From Vulcanimicrobiota bacterium (lineage in GTDB: Bacteria; Vulcanimicrobiota; Vulcanimicrobiia; Vulcanimicrobiales; Vulcanimicrobiaceae), in assembly GCA_963820825.1 (NCBI GenBank), contig CAWGBN010000006.1, forward strand, positions 128,001-192,000: 64,000 nucleotides of DNA, given 5' to 3'. Of the stretch, positions 51,261 through 62,927 are shown piece after piece (position 1 is the stretch's first letter; each line of letters begins with the position of its first letter). A program made the position numbers and the translations under genes. A model generated the notes under the pieces. It was not told the origin of the DNA. It was given only the letters and a program-made list of their open reading frames with translations, and did no database searches.

Positions 51261-53522
51261 CTAGAAGCTCTGGCCGATTCCAAAGCTCGTGTGCGTTCCG
51301 TTTATTCCCTTGGCGAAGTCGATCCGGACCGTGCGCAGGCCGAGTTGCGGCACGTCGAAGCGGATGCCGAACCCGGCGTCCCCATAGAGCGCCCAGTCGG
51401 CCGGATATCCCGTAACACGGTTGGTATACGGATTGAGCAATGGGTAGGCACCTCTGATGTGGTAATCGAGCTCGTCGATAAAGACCGCCAGGGTGATTCG
51501 CCGGTCGAGCGCCACCGGTTGACGGAGCTCGATCTGCCCGAGATACGCATTGGTCGCGTAGAAGACTTGATTGTAGCCGCGCATCTGCTGATCGGAGAAC
51601 GTAAAGAGCGAGCTGGGCGGAATCACGCCGGTAGAGTTATCGGCGACTCCGTGAATGCCCAGCGTGGCGTCCTTAAGTATCGGGAAGAACTTTGCGATGT
51701 CGAGCGTCGACTGGGTAAAGGTGAAGTTCGAGCCGAGCGCCGGTGCCGAGATCGTGGCGTTCAACAGTGCGTGAACGCCCGTGCGAGGATTGAACGGATC
51801 GTCGAGCGTGATCGTCTGTAAGCTGAGCCCCGGCTGAACCAGATTGTACGGCGCGCCGGTGTTCACGTTGGCAATCGACGATGCGGCGATACCGAAGGAA
51901 CCGCCGTAGCTGTTCGACCCGGAGCTGATTGGGCTGGGCGTCGGACCGATGACGATGTTCGGCTGGTTCCCTTGGAAATAGTACGGCGAGGGAACGGTCG
52001 TGTTGTACCGGATCCGTTGCGCGCTCAACGAGAGCGAGAAAAGGGTGTAGTCGCTCAGACGCCGTCCAATATTTCCGGTGACGCCATTTGCGCTCGAGAC
52101 GCTCGTCGCGTTGACGCCCGATACCAGTGAGGAGTTCGTGCTCGAATACAGGGTGACCGGAATGGGAACCGCGGAGCCGCTCTTGATCGCGGTTCCGGAG
52201 CCCGAGATCGCGTAGACCGGATAGTAGTAGGTCGTGTGGTTCGTGAAGATCGAGCCGCCGGCCGTGTACTTTTCGCCTTTCGGCGTATTGCTGAGGTAGG
52301 GCACCGAGACCGTCAGCTGGGCGATTCCGGCGCGCGCACCCTCTTGGAGTTGCAGACCGGCCGAGTTTCCGGTGCCGTGCAGGTTGTTATCGGAGAAACC
52401 GAGGGTCGCATAGAGCCCCAGGCCCGTCAGACCGCCGGAGTAACCGAAACCGACCGAGGCCGTCGCCGTGCGTTGCTCGGTGACGTGCCAAACGAGCGTC
52501 ACGTCTTGCGGCTTCTTCGGATCGGGGCCGGGCTTAATGTCGGGCTCGACCTTCGAGAAAAAGTTCAGCGCGTTGAGGCGCTGGTAGTCGTGTTTGATCG
52601 CGTCGGTGTTGAGCACCATTCCCGGACGCTCGCGCAGTTCGCGCCGGATCACTGCGTCCTTCGTACGCGTGTTGCCGGTGATCTCGACGACCGCGATCCG
52701 CGCGACGTAGATATCGTACTTGACGTCCGCGGTGCCGGCCTGAAGATTGATCGACGACGGGACGATGCCGCCTTCGAAGTTTCCGACCTCGAGGTGGAAG
52801 GTGTCCTCGTACAGCTTCTGCAGCGCTTTGTAGTCGGCGTCGCGCACGGCGTCGGAGTAGATGCCGCCGGGCTTGAGCGTGAGATGCGGCAGAATGTATG
52901 GCGGCGGCAGCAGCGGATCGCCGCCGATGATGATCTGCTTAACGACCAGGCCTTCCTGGATCGTGAGCGTCAGCGCGCCGGTCTGCGAATCGAGATTGAT
53001 GTCCTTGACGTGCGTCGGCACCTGGCCGCCGTAGCCGATCCGCTCGTAATAGTTGTTGATTTTGAGAACGTCTTGCCTGAAGGTGTTCGTATTGAAGACT
53101 TGCCCAACGGAGAGGTCCATGAGCGCGGCGAGCGTATCGCTCGGAACCTTCTGGTTTCCCGTGAAGGCGATTTTGGTGATGACCGGATTCTCGACGACCC
53201 GGTAAGTGATCGCGATGCCGTTGGGTCGCTGACGGATCAGCGGCGGAGCGATGTCGGCGAAGTACCCCAGCGCGTTGATCCGGGCAAGGTCCTGCTGAAC
53301 GATTTTCGGATCGTACGGCTGGCCCGGACGTGCGGCGATCACGGACATGATCGTCTGCGTCGGCACGTGGAGGTTCCCGGTGATATCGACCGAGACGATC
53401 TTCGGCGCTGCTGCGAATGCCGGGACGCTTGGGGTGAGGCACAAACCCGTCATTGCGAGGAGCGCGAGCACCGCCACATAGCGTTGAAACGGCCCCAGTC
53501 GCCGCCGGGGATCAAAGGTCAT
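51261..53522 (-). CDS. bamA: Omp85/BamA outer-membrane assembly factor
   Basis: About four POTRA repeats (e.g. GNTRTKDAVIRRE), MRGY, terminal FGIGQSF. Confidence 0.92.
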   Translation of the reverse strand: MTFDPRRRLGPFQRYVAVLALLAMTGLCLTPSVPAFAAAPKIVSVDITGNLHVPTQTIMSVIAARPGQPYDPKIVQQDLARINALGYFADIAPPLIRQRPNGIAITYRVVENPVITKIAFTGNQKVPSDTLAALMDLSVGQVFNTNTFRQDVLKINNYYERIGYGGQVPTHVKDINLDSQTGALTLTIQEGLVVKQIIIGGDPLLPPPYILPHLTLKPGGIYSDAVRDADYKALQKLYEDTFHLEVGNFEGGIVPSSINLQAGTADVKYDIYVARIAVVEITGNTRTKDAVIRRELRERPGMVLNTDAIKHDYQRLNALNFFSKVEPDIKPGPDPKKPQDVTLVWHVTEQRTATASVGFGYSGGLTGLGLYATLGFSDNNLHGTGNSAGLQLQEGARAGIAQLTVSVPYLSNTPKGEKYTAGGSIFTNHTTYYYPVYAISGSGTAIKSGSAVPIPVTLYSSTNSSLVSGVNATSVSSANGVTGNIGRRLSDYTLFSLSLSAQRIRYNTTVPSPYYFQGNQPNIVIGPTPSPISSGSNSYGGSFGIAASSIANVNTGAPYNLVQPGLSLQTITLDDPFNPRTGVHALLNATISAPALGSNFTFTQSTLDIAKFFPILKDATLGIHGVADNSTGVIPPSSLFTFSDQQMRGYNQVFYATNAYLGQIELRQPVALDRRITLAVFIDELDYHIRGAYPLLNPYTNRVTGYPADWALYGDAGFGIRFDVPQLGLRTVRIDFAKGINGTHTSFGIGQSF

Positions 53523-53688
53523 GTAAAAAAAGTCGTCCTCAATTTACCACGAGGTCCTCTGACGGCCTCAGCAACGGCCGGCGCGAACGTTCGCATCGCA
53601 CCCGACCCGGCTCGCCCTGTTCCGCCCGGCTTTCCCGGGGTCCTTGCGTCGCCCCAAAGCCTGAACGAGCGTCTAATCAAAGCACCAT

Positions 53689-56600
53689 TTACCAGAAATG
53701 ACGTTGCAAGGTAAGGCTGAAGCCGCTATTTCCGATCAACGGCTCGGTTGCGAGATAACCTGCGCCGTAGCCGACCGGGGAGGTGGGCGTCTCGAAGAGC
53801 TTCGTCTGACCGTTCTGCACGAAGAAGCTCAGCGTCGCCGAGGTCTCGGGATTCGGCGCGACCATGAGTCCGAACGACTGCGTCTGCGGGATCCCAAAAG
53901 TTACCGCATAAACCGCGCTCACCGCTTTGCTCAGGAACCGGCTCGCGGTAAATCCGACGTTCCCATAGTATCCGAGCGTGAGGTTGATGCTCGAGAGTCC
54001 CAAGCCTTGACCGAGTGTCGTCTCCAACGGCGACAACAAGCCGGCGGTAAACTGCGCGTTGAGCAGATTGAAGGCCTCCTGACCGACGGTAATCGTGCTG
54101 CGCTGCTGCACCGAGACGTTCGGGATCGGCGAGACGGTGCCGATCGGCGTGATGCCGTTGGGCTGCTGGCGCGCGAGCATGCCTTCGCGGCTGAACCCGA
54201 TACCGCCGACGAACCCGCCGAACGGAGCGATGAGGCCGAGTATCTCCTCGCGCGTATACCCCGGCGGATTCGAGTCGAGCCCGACCTTTAAGCTCGCGAC
54301 CGGGCCGTCGACCCGAATGGTCACCTCGGCGCTGCCATAGGGATTGCGCGCGCGATCGGGATCGGGGTTGACGACCGACGTGCTCGCGACGGCATGGAGC
54401 GTCGGGATAACGCCGTCGGCCGCATTGAATTGAACGCTTCCTTGCTGTACGCGAAACGCCCGATCGAAGTACGTGAGGGTTCCTCCGGTCGAGTTGAAGG
54501 TGCCGGCGAGCGTCGGAGCCGCCAGCGTTCCGCCGAGTTTCACCGAACCGTCGACGCCGATGTCGAGCCCCGCACCGTAACCGCTGCCGCGCACGCGCAC
54601 GTTCCTTCCGGCGGTTGCCTGAAGATCGAAAGCCAATGGCAGCGGCGGTCCGGTCAGCGAGCTCGCGCTCTGCGCGGCCTTCACGAACGCTGCGAACGGC
54701 AACGCCGCATTGCTCAGCGTAACGTTGCCCGATAAGAGCGCGTCCGCGCTCGGACGTTTGGCGAGCAGGATCGATGCGTCGAGCGTCCCGCTTCCGTACG
54801 AGGGAAGATCGAGTTGCGCGCCGCGCGCCGAAGCGCGCAGCGAGAGCGCCGCATTGCCGTGCGAGAAACCGTTCGGAAACTCGACGCTCCCCGAACCGTC
54901 AATCGTACCGGTTCCGAGGCGTGCCGAGGCACGCGCGATCGTCGCACTCGTTCGATTAAAGGCGAGCTCGGCGGCAATTTGCTGGATCGGAACGCGCTCC
55001 AGGTCGCTCACGTACGAGCCGTTGGTCAGCGAGAGACGCCCGACGATCGCCGGTTCGCGAACGGTCCCCGAGAGCCCGAGATGGCCGTCGAGAAGGCCGC
55101 CGAGCTTCGAAATTGACGCCGAAGACCGCGTCGAAGATTGCCGGATCGAGCCCGACGACGTCCAGGTCGAAACTGATCGGCTGGTCGGGCGCGGCGAGCC
55201 GCAGCGGCGCAAGCTGAAGCGGAAGCGAACCGGCGAGCGTCGCCTCACCCCGAGCAAAGCTCGCACCGGCGTTCGAGAGCACGATCGCATGGCGCGCGAC
55301 TCGGACCTCACCGAAGAGCGAAGCGATCGGAATGCCGTACGCAACGACGTCGTTGCCATCGAAGCCGGCGACGAAAGAGGGCGCTTTGAACGTACCGCCG
55401 ACCTTGAGCGTCGATTCAAACGATCCGGTCACCGGCACTTTGAAGCGCGAGAGATCGTAGACGAGCTTCGCCGGCTGATCGGTCGTCGCGTGCACTTGCA
55501 GGTCGAGCGGCTCGTTCACTCCCATTCCCAACGTACCGGTCGCCGTTGCCGAGAGTGCCGAGGTCGCCATCTCGGCGCGATCGACGACGATGCGTTTGCC
55601 GGCGGAGTGCAGCGTGACGCCGGCACGATCGAGCGCGAGTGGCCCGAGCGTCCCGGCGGCCAGACTCGCACTCCCGCGCACGTTCAGGTTCGGATAGCGT
55701 CCGTGGATCGTTGCGATGCCGGAGGCGCGTCCGGTCACCGGCACGCTCTGCATGCCGAGCGCCGGCATCCAGAGTGAGAGGTCGAGATCGTCGACGCTCG
55801 CGGTGAGATCGAAGCGCGAGCGCAGGAGCGTCGATTGCCACGCACCGGCCGGCGTCAAGCCGATCGATCCCCTCGCGCGAAGCATCCCTTCCCGGCCGCC
55901 AACGGCGAGCGTGCCCGTAATGACGTTGCGCGCACTCGACCAGACGGCTTTCGTGTCGCCGACGGGCAAGTTGCGATAACGCAAACCTCGCACGTCGATG
56001 TCGCCGCTCGAGGTGAACTGCGAATCGCGCGACGCCGCAGCGAGCTTGACGCCGCCGGCTCCGTCGAGCGTGTCGCCGGTATCGAAGAAGTTGTTGAAAT
56101 CGGAGAGATCGGCGCGCGGTGCGCGCAGATCGATTGCGCTCTCGTGCGGTCGCGAGAGCGCGCTGAAATAACTCTCAGTGGTACCGACGAGTACCGAACC
56201 GTCGCGGATCGCGGCACCGCGCGGGTCGGCGGACAGCATCGCGCTGCCGTCGATGAAAGGAAGACCGTTGACGTCGCCGCCGGGCACCCCGACATGACCC
56301 GCGACGATCGGCGCAAGACTTCGCCCTCCGATCCGCAGCCGCGCGTTGAACGTGCCGTTAGTCATGTAGTTCGGCAGTCCGAAACTGTGCAGCGCCGGAG
56401 CGATCTGCGCGGCCGGAACGTCGGCGTCGAGCGCGTAGACCGGCGAACCCGAGGTCAGCGCCGAGATGCTGCCCTCGACCTTCGCGTACGTACCGCTGAG
56501 GGCGCCGAGAACACGACGCAGCGCGACGGCGTCGCCGCCGACGCGAATGTCGCCGTTGCCGGTGATCGGAAAATGCGCGATGCGTCCGCGATCGATGACG

Positions 56601-58924
56601 ACGCCGCCGTCGAAGGTCGGGATCGGCGCGCCGGCGGCGAGCCGTCCGGTAGCGGAGAGCGTCCCGGCGTCGAGCGGAAGGCCGATCCCGCGCAACTGGA
56701 CCGCATTCAAACGCCTCGCGATCAGCTCGATACCCGGTGAACTCGCAGCGGCCGAGGGCGCAAGCGCGAAGGTGCCGGCGGCAACGACGTCGCCGTCGGC
56801 CGCGTGCGCCAGTCCCGAGTAGACGCGAAGGCGATTCCCTTCGATCGCCAGCGTTATGCTCGCGCGATCGATGGGGATCGAGTGGAGCGTCGCACCGGGC
56901 ATCGCCAGATTCGATCCCAGGACGACGATGCGCTGAGGCTCGATGCCGATGCCGACGATTCCCGAGACCGGCCCATGGCCGGCGATTGAGCTTCCGATTA
57001 ACGGCTGCAGACCGTCGAACGTGCCGCGATACCGTCCATACGCGACGAATCGCTGCGACGAGAACCCACCGCGCCCGGCGAAGCTTCCCCAGGGGCCAGA
57101 AGCGCGCAGCAAATTGATCGCCGCACTCTGCAGCGTTCCGCCGAAACCCGCCTCGATGACATTAAAGTTCACGCCGGCGATTCGCACGTGGTCCGCGCCG
57201 ACGATCCCAGCGAGAACGATGTTCGTTCCGGCGCCGCCGCCGGCGAGCGACATAGAGACCGAGTGCCCGTCGACCGGCGGCATCTCCGGCAACGCGATTC
57301 CGGGAAACGTCTTATAGCTGGGCGCATGCATTCGCAAGCCGTTTGCCAGCATCCAGAAGAAGCTGGTGGACGAGGGACGATCGAGCACGTAGCCGCCGTC
57401 GAAGTTGCCGCGCTCCGTGTGGAACCAGAACGGCGCGACCGCGGCCGTTCCATTCGGATTCGTGTCGACGAGGGCCGCCACACGCGCAACGCCACGGGCC
57501 GATGCGAGGCTCCCGGTCAGATGAAAGAGCAGATCGTTGCCCTTCGCGGCGGCGTCGATGAGGATCGGTTCGTCACCGAGCATCTCGTCGAGATAGGGAA
57601 GCCGGCTCGCCGGCCCTTCCACGTGCAGCGCGAACTCCGAGTTGAGGTGCCGGCCCACGGTCATGGTGCCGTCGACTCGCAGCGCGATCCCGCTGTAATC
57701 GACTTGGAGCGGCGCAAGTGCGACGACGTTAGCATGATAGACCACGCCGGCGGCGAGCGAGTTGAACGGAAGCGCGCGATAGTAAGCCCTCCCGGCGCTC
57801 ACCTTTGCGACGATGACCGGGTCGTCCATACGCCCGTGGACGAGTACGCCGAGACGCGCCTTGCCGGTAATCGGCTGGTCGCGCGCAAACGTAAAAGCGC
57901 GGCGCAGCGCGGAGAGATCGCCTTCTCCCCAGACGCCCAGACGAAGCTGCGCGTGTCCGGTGAGCGCACCGGTTAAATCGTAGGCTCCCCCCTCGATGTG
58001 CAGCGGAATTCCGGCAAGATTCGCGGTTGCGCCGCGAACGAAGAACGCGTTGTCGATGACCTGCAGCCGGGCTTGGAGATTTTCGACCGGTGCGGCGAGC
58101 ACCGGCATTGCAAGACGCCCCCCGTCGACGTCGAGCCGCAACGAGACGTGGTACTGCGGTGCGACCTCCGGCTCGACGTCGAGCGCGTAGAGCCGTGCGT
58201 CGAGGTTGCGTCCTTCTCCGCCCAGAATTCGCACCGCAGCCGTATCGGCGAAATAGTTCGCCAGCGCACGCGCCGGAAAGTATGCCGCCCGCGCGCGGTG
58301 CATCGCGTAACCCGCCGCCGTATCGATCCGTCCGGCTATCGTAAACGGCTCGGCGCGCCGCTCTTCGAATGCGCCACGCGCGCGATAGGCCGTCATCCCC
58401 GCGGTATCGACCGTCGCATCGACGGTGATGCCGCCGATGCGCACGTCTTTTGCACTGGAATCGTAGGCCGCCGGCTCGCGCAGCTCGATCTGCACGTCGC
58501 GTACGCGCAACCAGAACCGGATCGGAACGCGATTCACGCGCGCCGGTGCCGCCGGTGCGCGCCCGCCGACGGGGATAGCGACGTTAAAACTTCCATCCTT
58601 GAACCGGATGAGCGTCAGCTTGGCGCCGTCGACCTCGGCACCGATCAATCCAAAACGATGCCGGCTTCCGGGAAAGAGATCGCGCGGGGAATAGCGCACG
58701 ACGACGCGGGTTGCGTCCAGGAGCGGCTCGTTACCGCGCCCGGCGTGAACGCCTGCGAACTCCGCTCCATCCCAGCCGAGGTGAAAATCGGCGATGCTCA
58801 GCGAGTAGCCCGCGAGCCCGGCGCCCGCCTGAAATGCAAGGCGCAGCAGATCGTGGCGCCTTGCGACCACGAGCGAAAGAACGAGGATTGCGGCCACGAG
58901 GCCGATCGCAAGGCGTTTGCGCAC
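53689..58924 (-). CDS. tamB: TamB/AsmA-like translocation module protein; one extra base near 55111
   Basis: N-terminal anchor, very long Gly-rich beta repeats, DUF490-like end (SNPP.TREEILGL). Two ORFs join at FGVN/SKLGG. Confidence 0.82.
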
Positions 58925-59003
58925 GAGTGACTCTAGCGGACTTATACCTCCTGCGCTCGCTTATGCCCCGCCGCGCTAAGCACTTTTAAAGATACCTTTA
59001 TGC

Positions 59004-59056
59004 CTGCGCGAAGCGCAGTCCCGAGCGAGGCGCGAAGTGCCGAGTCGAAGGATCTT
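59004..59056. repeat. REP-like element with GAA-loop mini-hairpins after gyrB
   Basis: CTGCGC-GAA-GCGCAG, GGCGC-GAA-GTGCC, GAGTCGAAGGATCT. Confidence 0.55.
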
Positions 59057-60951
59057 TACAGATCCAGGTTTTTGACGCTCCTCGCATACTCGAAGATGTA
59101 CTGCTTGCGCGGCTCGACTTTATCGCCCATGAGGTCGGTGAAGATCTGCTCGGCCTCAACGGCGTCTTCCACCGTGATCTGTTTGAGCCGGCGATGGCCG
59201 ACTTCCATCGTCGTCACGGCGAGCTGCTCGGCGTCCATCTCGCCGAGCCCTTTGTATTGCTGGATCGAGTAATCTTTGCCGTCGTCGCCGACGATCGATT
59301 TGAGCTCGGCCTCGTTGAACGCCCACCACTGCTTCTTGCCCTTGCGGATTCCGTAGAGCGGCGGTTGCGCGATGTATACGTGGCCGTCTTCGACGAGCGG
59401 ACGCATCTGCCGGTAAAAGAAGGTCAAGAGCAGGGTCCGGATGTGCGAGCCGTCGACGTCGGCGTCGGTCATGATGATGATCTTGTTATACCGCAGCTTC
59501 TCGACGTTGAACTCGTCGCCGAAGCCGGTGCCGAGCGCGGTGATCATCGTACGGATCTCTTCGTTGGCGAGCACTTTGTCGAGGCGCGCCTTTTCGACGT
59601 TGAGAATCTTGCCGCGCAACGGAAGAATCGCTTGCGTGTTCGGGTCGCGGCCGCCCTTCGCGGTGCCGCCGGCCGAATCGCCTTCGACCAAGAAGAGCTC
59701 GCTCTCCGCGGCGTTGCCGTTCTTACAATCGACGAGCTTTCCGGGAAGGCCCGAGCCCTCGAGCGCGTTCTTGCGGCGCGATAGGTCGCGCGCTTTTTTC
59801 GCCGCATCGCGGGCGCGCTGCGCTTGCATGCACTTATCCACGATCGTCCGCGCGTACTTCGGGTTTTCTTCGAGAAAGAAGTCCAACCGTTCCGAGACGA
59901 GCCCGGCGACGATGCTCCGCACCCGGGCGTTGCCGAGCTTGGTCTTCGTCTGTCCCTCGAACTGCGGATCCTGAAGCTTTACCGAGACCACCGCGGTCAG
60001 GCCCTCGACCACGTCGTCGGTCGAGAGCGAGCCGTCAGACTCTTTGAGCATGCCGCGCTTGCGCGCGTAACCGTTGACCGCGTTGGTAACGGCCTGGCGG
60101 AAGCCCTGCAAGTGCATCCCGCCCTCGATCGTTCCGATATTGTTCGCATAGGAGAAAATCTGGTCGGCGTAGGCACCGGTGTATTGCATCGCGACCTCGA
60201 CGTCGACGCCGTCGCGCTCCGCATGCGTCGAAATGATCGGATGGAGCGGGTCTTTCTTTTCGTTGAGCCACTCGACGAAGGAGACGATGCCGCCGTCGAA
60301 GGTGTAGGTCCGCTCGCGTACCGTCTCGCCGCGCTCGTCGCGCAGCGTGATCGAAAGACCGCGATTCAGAAAGGCGAGCTCGCGCAATCGCTTCTGCAGG
60401 ATGTCCCAGTGAAACTCCGTTACCTCGAACACGTCGGGGTCGGGCTTGAACCACTGCAGCGTTCCGGTTCCGTCGGTCTTACCCGTCTTCTTGAGTTTCT
60501 GTACGGTGAACCCGCGCTCGAACTTCATCTCCCAGACGAATCCGTCACGCTTCACCGTGGTGATCATCCACGCGGAGAGCGCGTTGACGACCGAGATGCC
60601 GACGCCGTGCAGACCGCCGGAGACTTTGTAGCCGCCCTTTCCGAACTTTGCGCCAGCGTGGAGAATGGTCATCACCACTTCGACGGCCGGTAAACGCTCC
60701 TCGGCGTGAAGGTCGATCGGTATGCCGCGCCCGTCGTCTTCGACCGAGCACGACCCGTCCTTATACAGCACGACGTGCACGTTGTGCGCGTATCCGGCCA
60801 GCGCCTCATCGACGGCGTTGTCGACTGCTTCGTAGACGAGCTGATGGAGCCCGCGCTCGGCGGTGTTGCCGATATACATTCCGGGGCGCTTGCGCACCGC
60901 CTCGAGTCCGCGTAGGACCTCAATTTGCTCGCCGGTATAGTTCGTTGACAT
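59056..60951 (-). CDS. gyrB: DNA gyrase subunit B (short type)
   Basis: AVRKRPGMYIG, GGLHGVG, VEGDSAGG, PLRGK, DADVDG; located after recF. Confidence 0.95.
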   Translation of the reverse strand: MSTNYTGEQIEVLRGLEAVRKRPGMYIGNTAERGLHQLVYEAVDNAVDEALAGYAHNVHVVLYKDGSCSVEDDGRGIPIDLHAEERLPAVEVVMTILHAGAKFGKGGYKVSGGLHGVGISVVNALSAWMITTVKRDGFVWEMKFERGFTVQKLKKTGKTDGTGTLQWFKPDPDVFEVTEFHWDILQKRLRELAFLNRGLSITLRDERGETVRERTYTFDGGIVSFVEWLNEKKDPLHPIISTHAERDGVDVEVAMQYTGAYADQIFSYANNIGTIEGGMHLQGFRQAVTNAVNGYARKRGMLKESDGSLSTDDVVEGLTAVVSVKLQDPQFEGQTKTKLGNARVRSIVAGLVSERLDFFLEENPKYARTIVDKCMQAQRARDAAKKARDLSRRKNALEGSGLPGKLVDCKNGNAAESELFLVEGDSAGGTAKGGRDPNTQAILPLRGKILNVEKARLDKVLANEEIRTMITALGTGFGDEFNVEKLRYNKIIIMTDADVDGSHIRTLLLTFFYRQMRPLVEDGHVYIAQPPLYGIRKGKKQWWAFNEAELKSIVGDDGKDYSIQQYKGLGEMDAEQLAVTTMEVGHRRLKQITVEDAVEAEQIFTDLMGDKVEPRKQYIFEYARSVKNLDL

Positions 60952-61823
60952 TACACTCTTCGTTTTTGACGTTCTACGGCGTCGCCTTCGCCGGCGGGTT
61001 CGCCGTAGAGAAGCTCGTGCAGATCCTCGCCCAAGATGCTGCGTACCGTCGCGGGCACGATCTCCTCGGGCGGAAGCTTACTGCGCAAAAGGACGTACGA
61101 GCTCGCAATGAGCCGCTCGCGGCCGTCGCGGGAGAGACGCTTTGCGGCGTTCGCTCGCGCAAGCGCCCCCCACCAGTGATTAAGCATCTGGCGTCGCAGC
61201 CGCTCGTACTCCTCTTCTTTTAACCCCTCAACGAGCGCTGCCGTTCCGGCGTAGCCGAGCCAGGGTGCTTCAAAGAGCAGGCGCGCCGTGGCGGCTCCGA
61301 TCGACTCCGAGCGAGCGGCCGCGCAGGTCTGACAGAGCGCCGCCGCTTGCGGTTCGAGGAGCGCTGCGCACCCGCGGCACTCTTTCCAGCCCTCCGCCCG
61401 CCGGCTCCGGCGCCTGCGCTCGACGTCGTTGCGAAAGCGGTCGAGCGCCTCGGCGGTCGAGCTCGAGGCCGGCCGCTCCGCCGGGGCCTGAAGGCGGCGG
61501 CCCCGCCGCGCCGCGGGGGCGGCGCTCCGCCGTTGGGGCATGGCTCCAACCCGAAAGCGCAGCCGAGCGATCTCCGACGCCGGCACGCGCGCACAGACCG
61601 CTCGCAGGACGTGCTCGGAGAGGAAGCTGAGCTGATGACTCCAGGCGCTCGAGCGCGCAACGATCGTGAGTGCGCCGTCGGCAATCCGCAACGGATGCGA
61701 GTTTTGGGCGACGTCCGCGCCGACGATCTCCGCCCAACCGGCTTCGAGCAGCGCGATCGGATCGGTCGCCGTGCCTTCCTTCGCGGGCTTCCACCCGGCG
61801 AGCGCCTCGGATACTCTCAGCAC
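60951..61823 (-). CDS. DUF721/DciA family protein with Zn ribbon
   Basis: WAEIVG..VA..S.P, SSAWSHQL, CRGC...CQTC; between recF and gyrB. Confidence 0.85.
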   Translation of the reverse strand: MLRVSEALAGWKPAKEGTATDPIALLEAGWAEIVGADVAQNSHPLRIADGALTIVARSSAWSHQLSFLSEHVLRAVCARVPASEIARLRFRVGAMPQRRSAAPAARRGRRLQAPAERPASSSTAEALDRFRNDVERRRRSRRAEGWKECRGCAALLEPQAAALCQTCAAARSESIGAATARLLFEAPWLGYAGTAALVEGLKEEEYERLRRQMLNHWWGALARANAAKRLSRDGRERLIASSYVLLRSKLPPEEIVPATVRSILGEDLHELLYGEPAGEGDAVERQKRRV

Positions 61824-62926
61824 GCCGCAACGCTCGCAACGCGGGCATCGACGACGCGAGAGAGATGTGCGCCGCTCGGCAATCCGACCGGAAGGTGCGT
61901 CGCGGTGATAAAGGCCTGCTCGTATTCGCCGATCTCGGCCAAGAATGCAGCGGCCCGTTCTTCGTCAAGTTCGGAGAGCACGTCGTCGAGCAGCAGCAGC
62001 GGCGCCTCACCGGTGCGTTCTCGCAATACCGCATACTCCGCAACCTTCAGCGAGAGTATCGCCGTGCGTTGCTGACCCTGCGATCCGTACGCGGCGAGCG
62101 AGACTCCGCCGAGCATCAGGCTGAGGTCGTCGCGATGCGGACCGGCGATCGCGGATTTTCGCGCGCGTTCGGCATCGCGGCATTGCGCGAAGCGCAGCTG
62201 CAGCGCGTCGGCGACCGCAGCCGCCTCCGGCCGTTCGAACGCGACGTTGGGCTCGTAGCTCAGCTCCAGCTCCTCGTTCGGTGCGAAGCGCGCGTGCGCG
62301 ACGCGCGCACTCGCTGCCAGTGCCCCGATGAGTCCGTTGCGAGCCAGCACGATCGCCGTTCCGGCTTCGACGAGCGTCCGGTCGTAGGTTGCAAGAAGCT
62401 CCGCGTCCGGTTCGATCGTGCCGCGAAGAAGCGCATTCTTCTGCTGCAGGGCCTTACGGTACCGAGCCAGTTCGTAATAGTAGCGCGGCTCGCTCTGCGA
62501 CAACGCGATGTTCAAGAACGCGCGGCGCGCGCTTGGCGTCCCGCTAGCCAAGTGTAGATCGGCCGGCACGAAGGTTACGACGCGCATCGTTCCGAGGTAT
62601 CCGGCGTAGCGGACGCTGTGCGCGTTGACCGTGTAGCTCTTGCGCGTGCCGCGGCTCGAGCGCTCGATCGTGCAGGCCAGCTCGACGGTTCCGGAGCGCA
62701 AGGACGCCTCGCCGTAGAGCACCGCACGCTCGCAGCCCTTTCGTACCGTATCGGCCTCGCGCGGCGTACGAAACGACTTCCCCGTTCCGAGCATCGCGAT
62801 GCCTTCCAAGAGGTTGCTCTTCCCCTGTGCGTTGGCCCCGACGAAAACGTTGAGCCCGGCAGCCGGCTCGAGGTCCAGCTCGTGGTAGTTTCTGAAATCG
62901 GAGAGCGTCAAGCGCCGGAGCAGCAC
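61817..62926 (-). CDS. recF: DNA repair protein RecF
   Basis: FRNY, GANAQGKSN, GPHRDD, SQGQQR, LLDDVLSELD. Confidence 0.96.
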   Translation of the reverse strand: MLLRRLTLSDFRNYHELDLEPAAGLNVFVGANAQGKSNLLEGIAMLGTGKSFRTPREADTVRKGCERAVLYGEASLRSGTVELACTIERSSRGTRKSYTVNAHSVRYAGYLGTMRVVTFVPADLHLASGTPSARRAFLNIALSQSEPRYYYELARYRKALQQKNALLRGTIEPDAELLATYDRTLVEAGTAIVLARNGLIGALAASARVAHARFAPNEELELSYEPNVAFERPEAAAVADALQLRFAQCRDAERARKSAIAGPHRDDLSLMLGGVSLAAYGSQGQQRTAILSLKVAEYAVLRERTGEAPLLLLDDVLSELDEERAAAFLAEIGEYEQAFITATHLPVGLPSGAHLSRVVDARVASVAAC

Positions 62927-62927
62927 A

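Noticed and set aside
53523..53688. Riboswitch or ECF promoter upstream of bamA
   Set aside because: GC hairpins and a GGAAC are present, but there is no recognisable aptamer or correctly spaced -10 element
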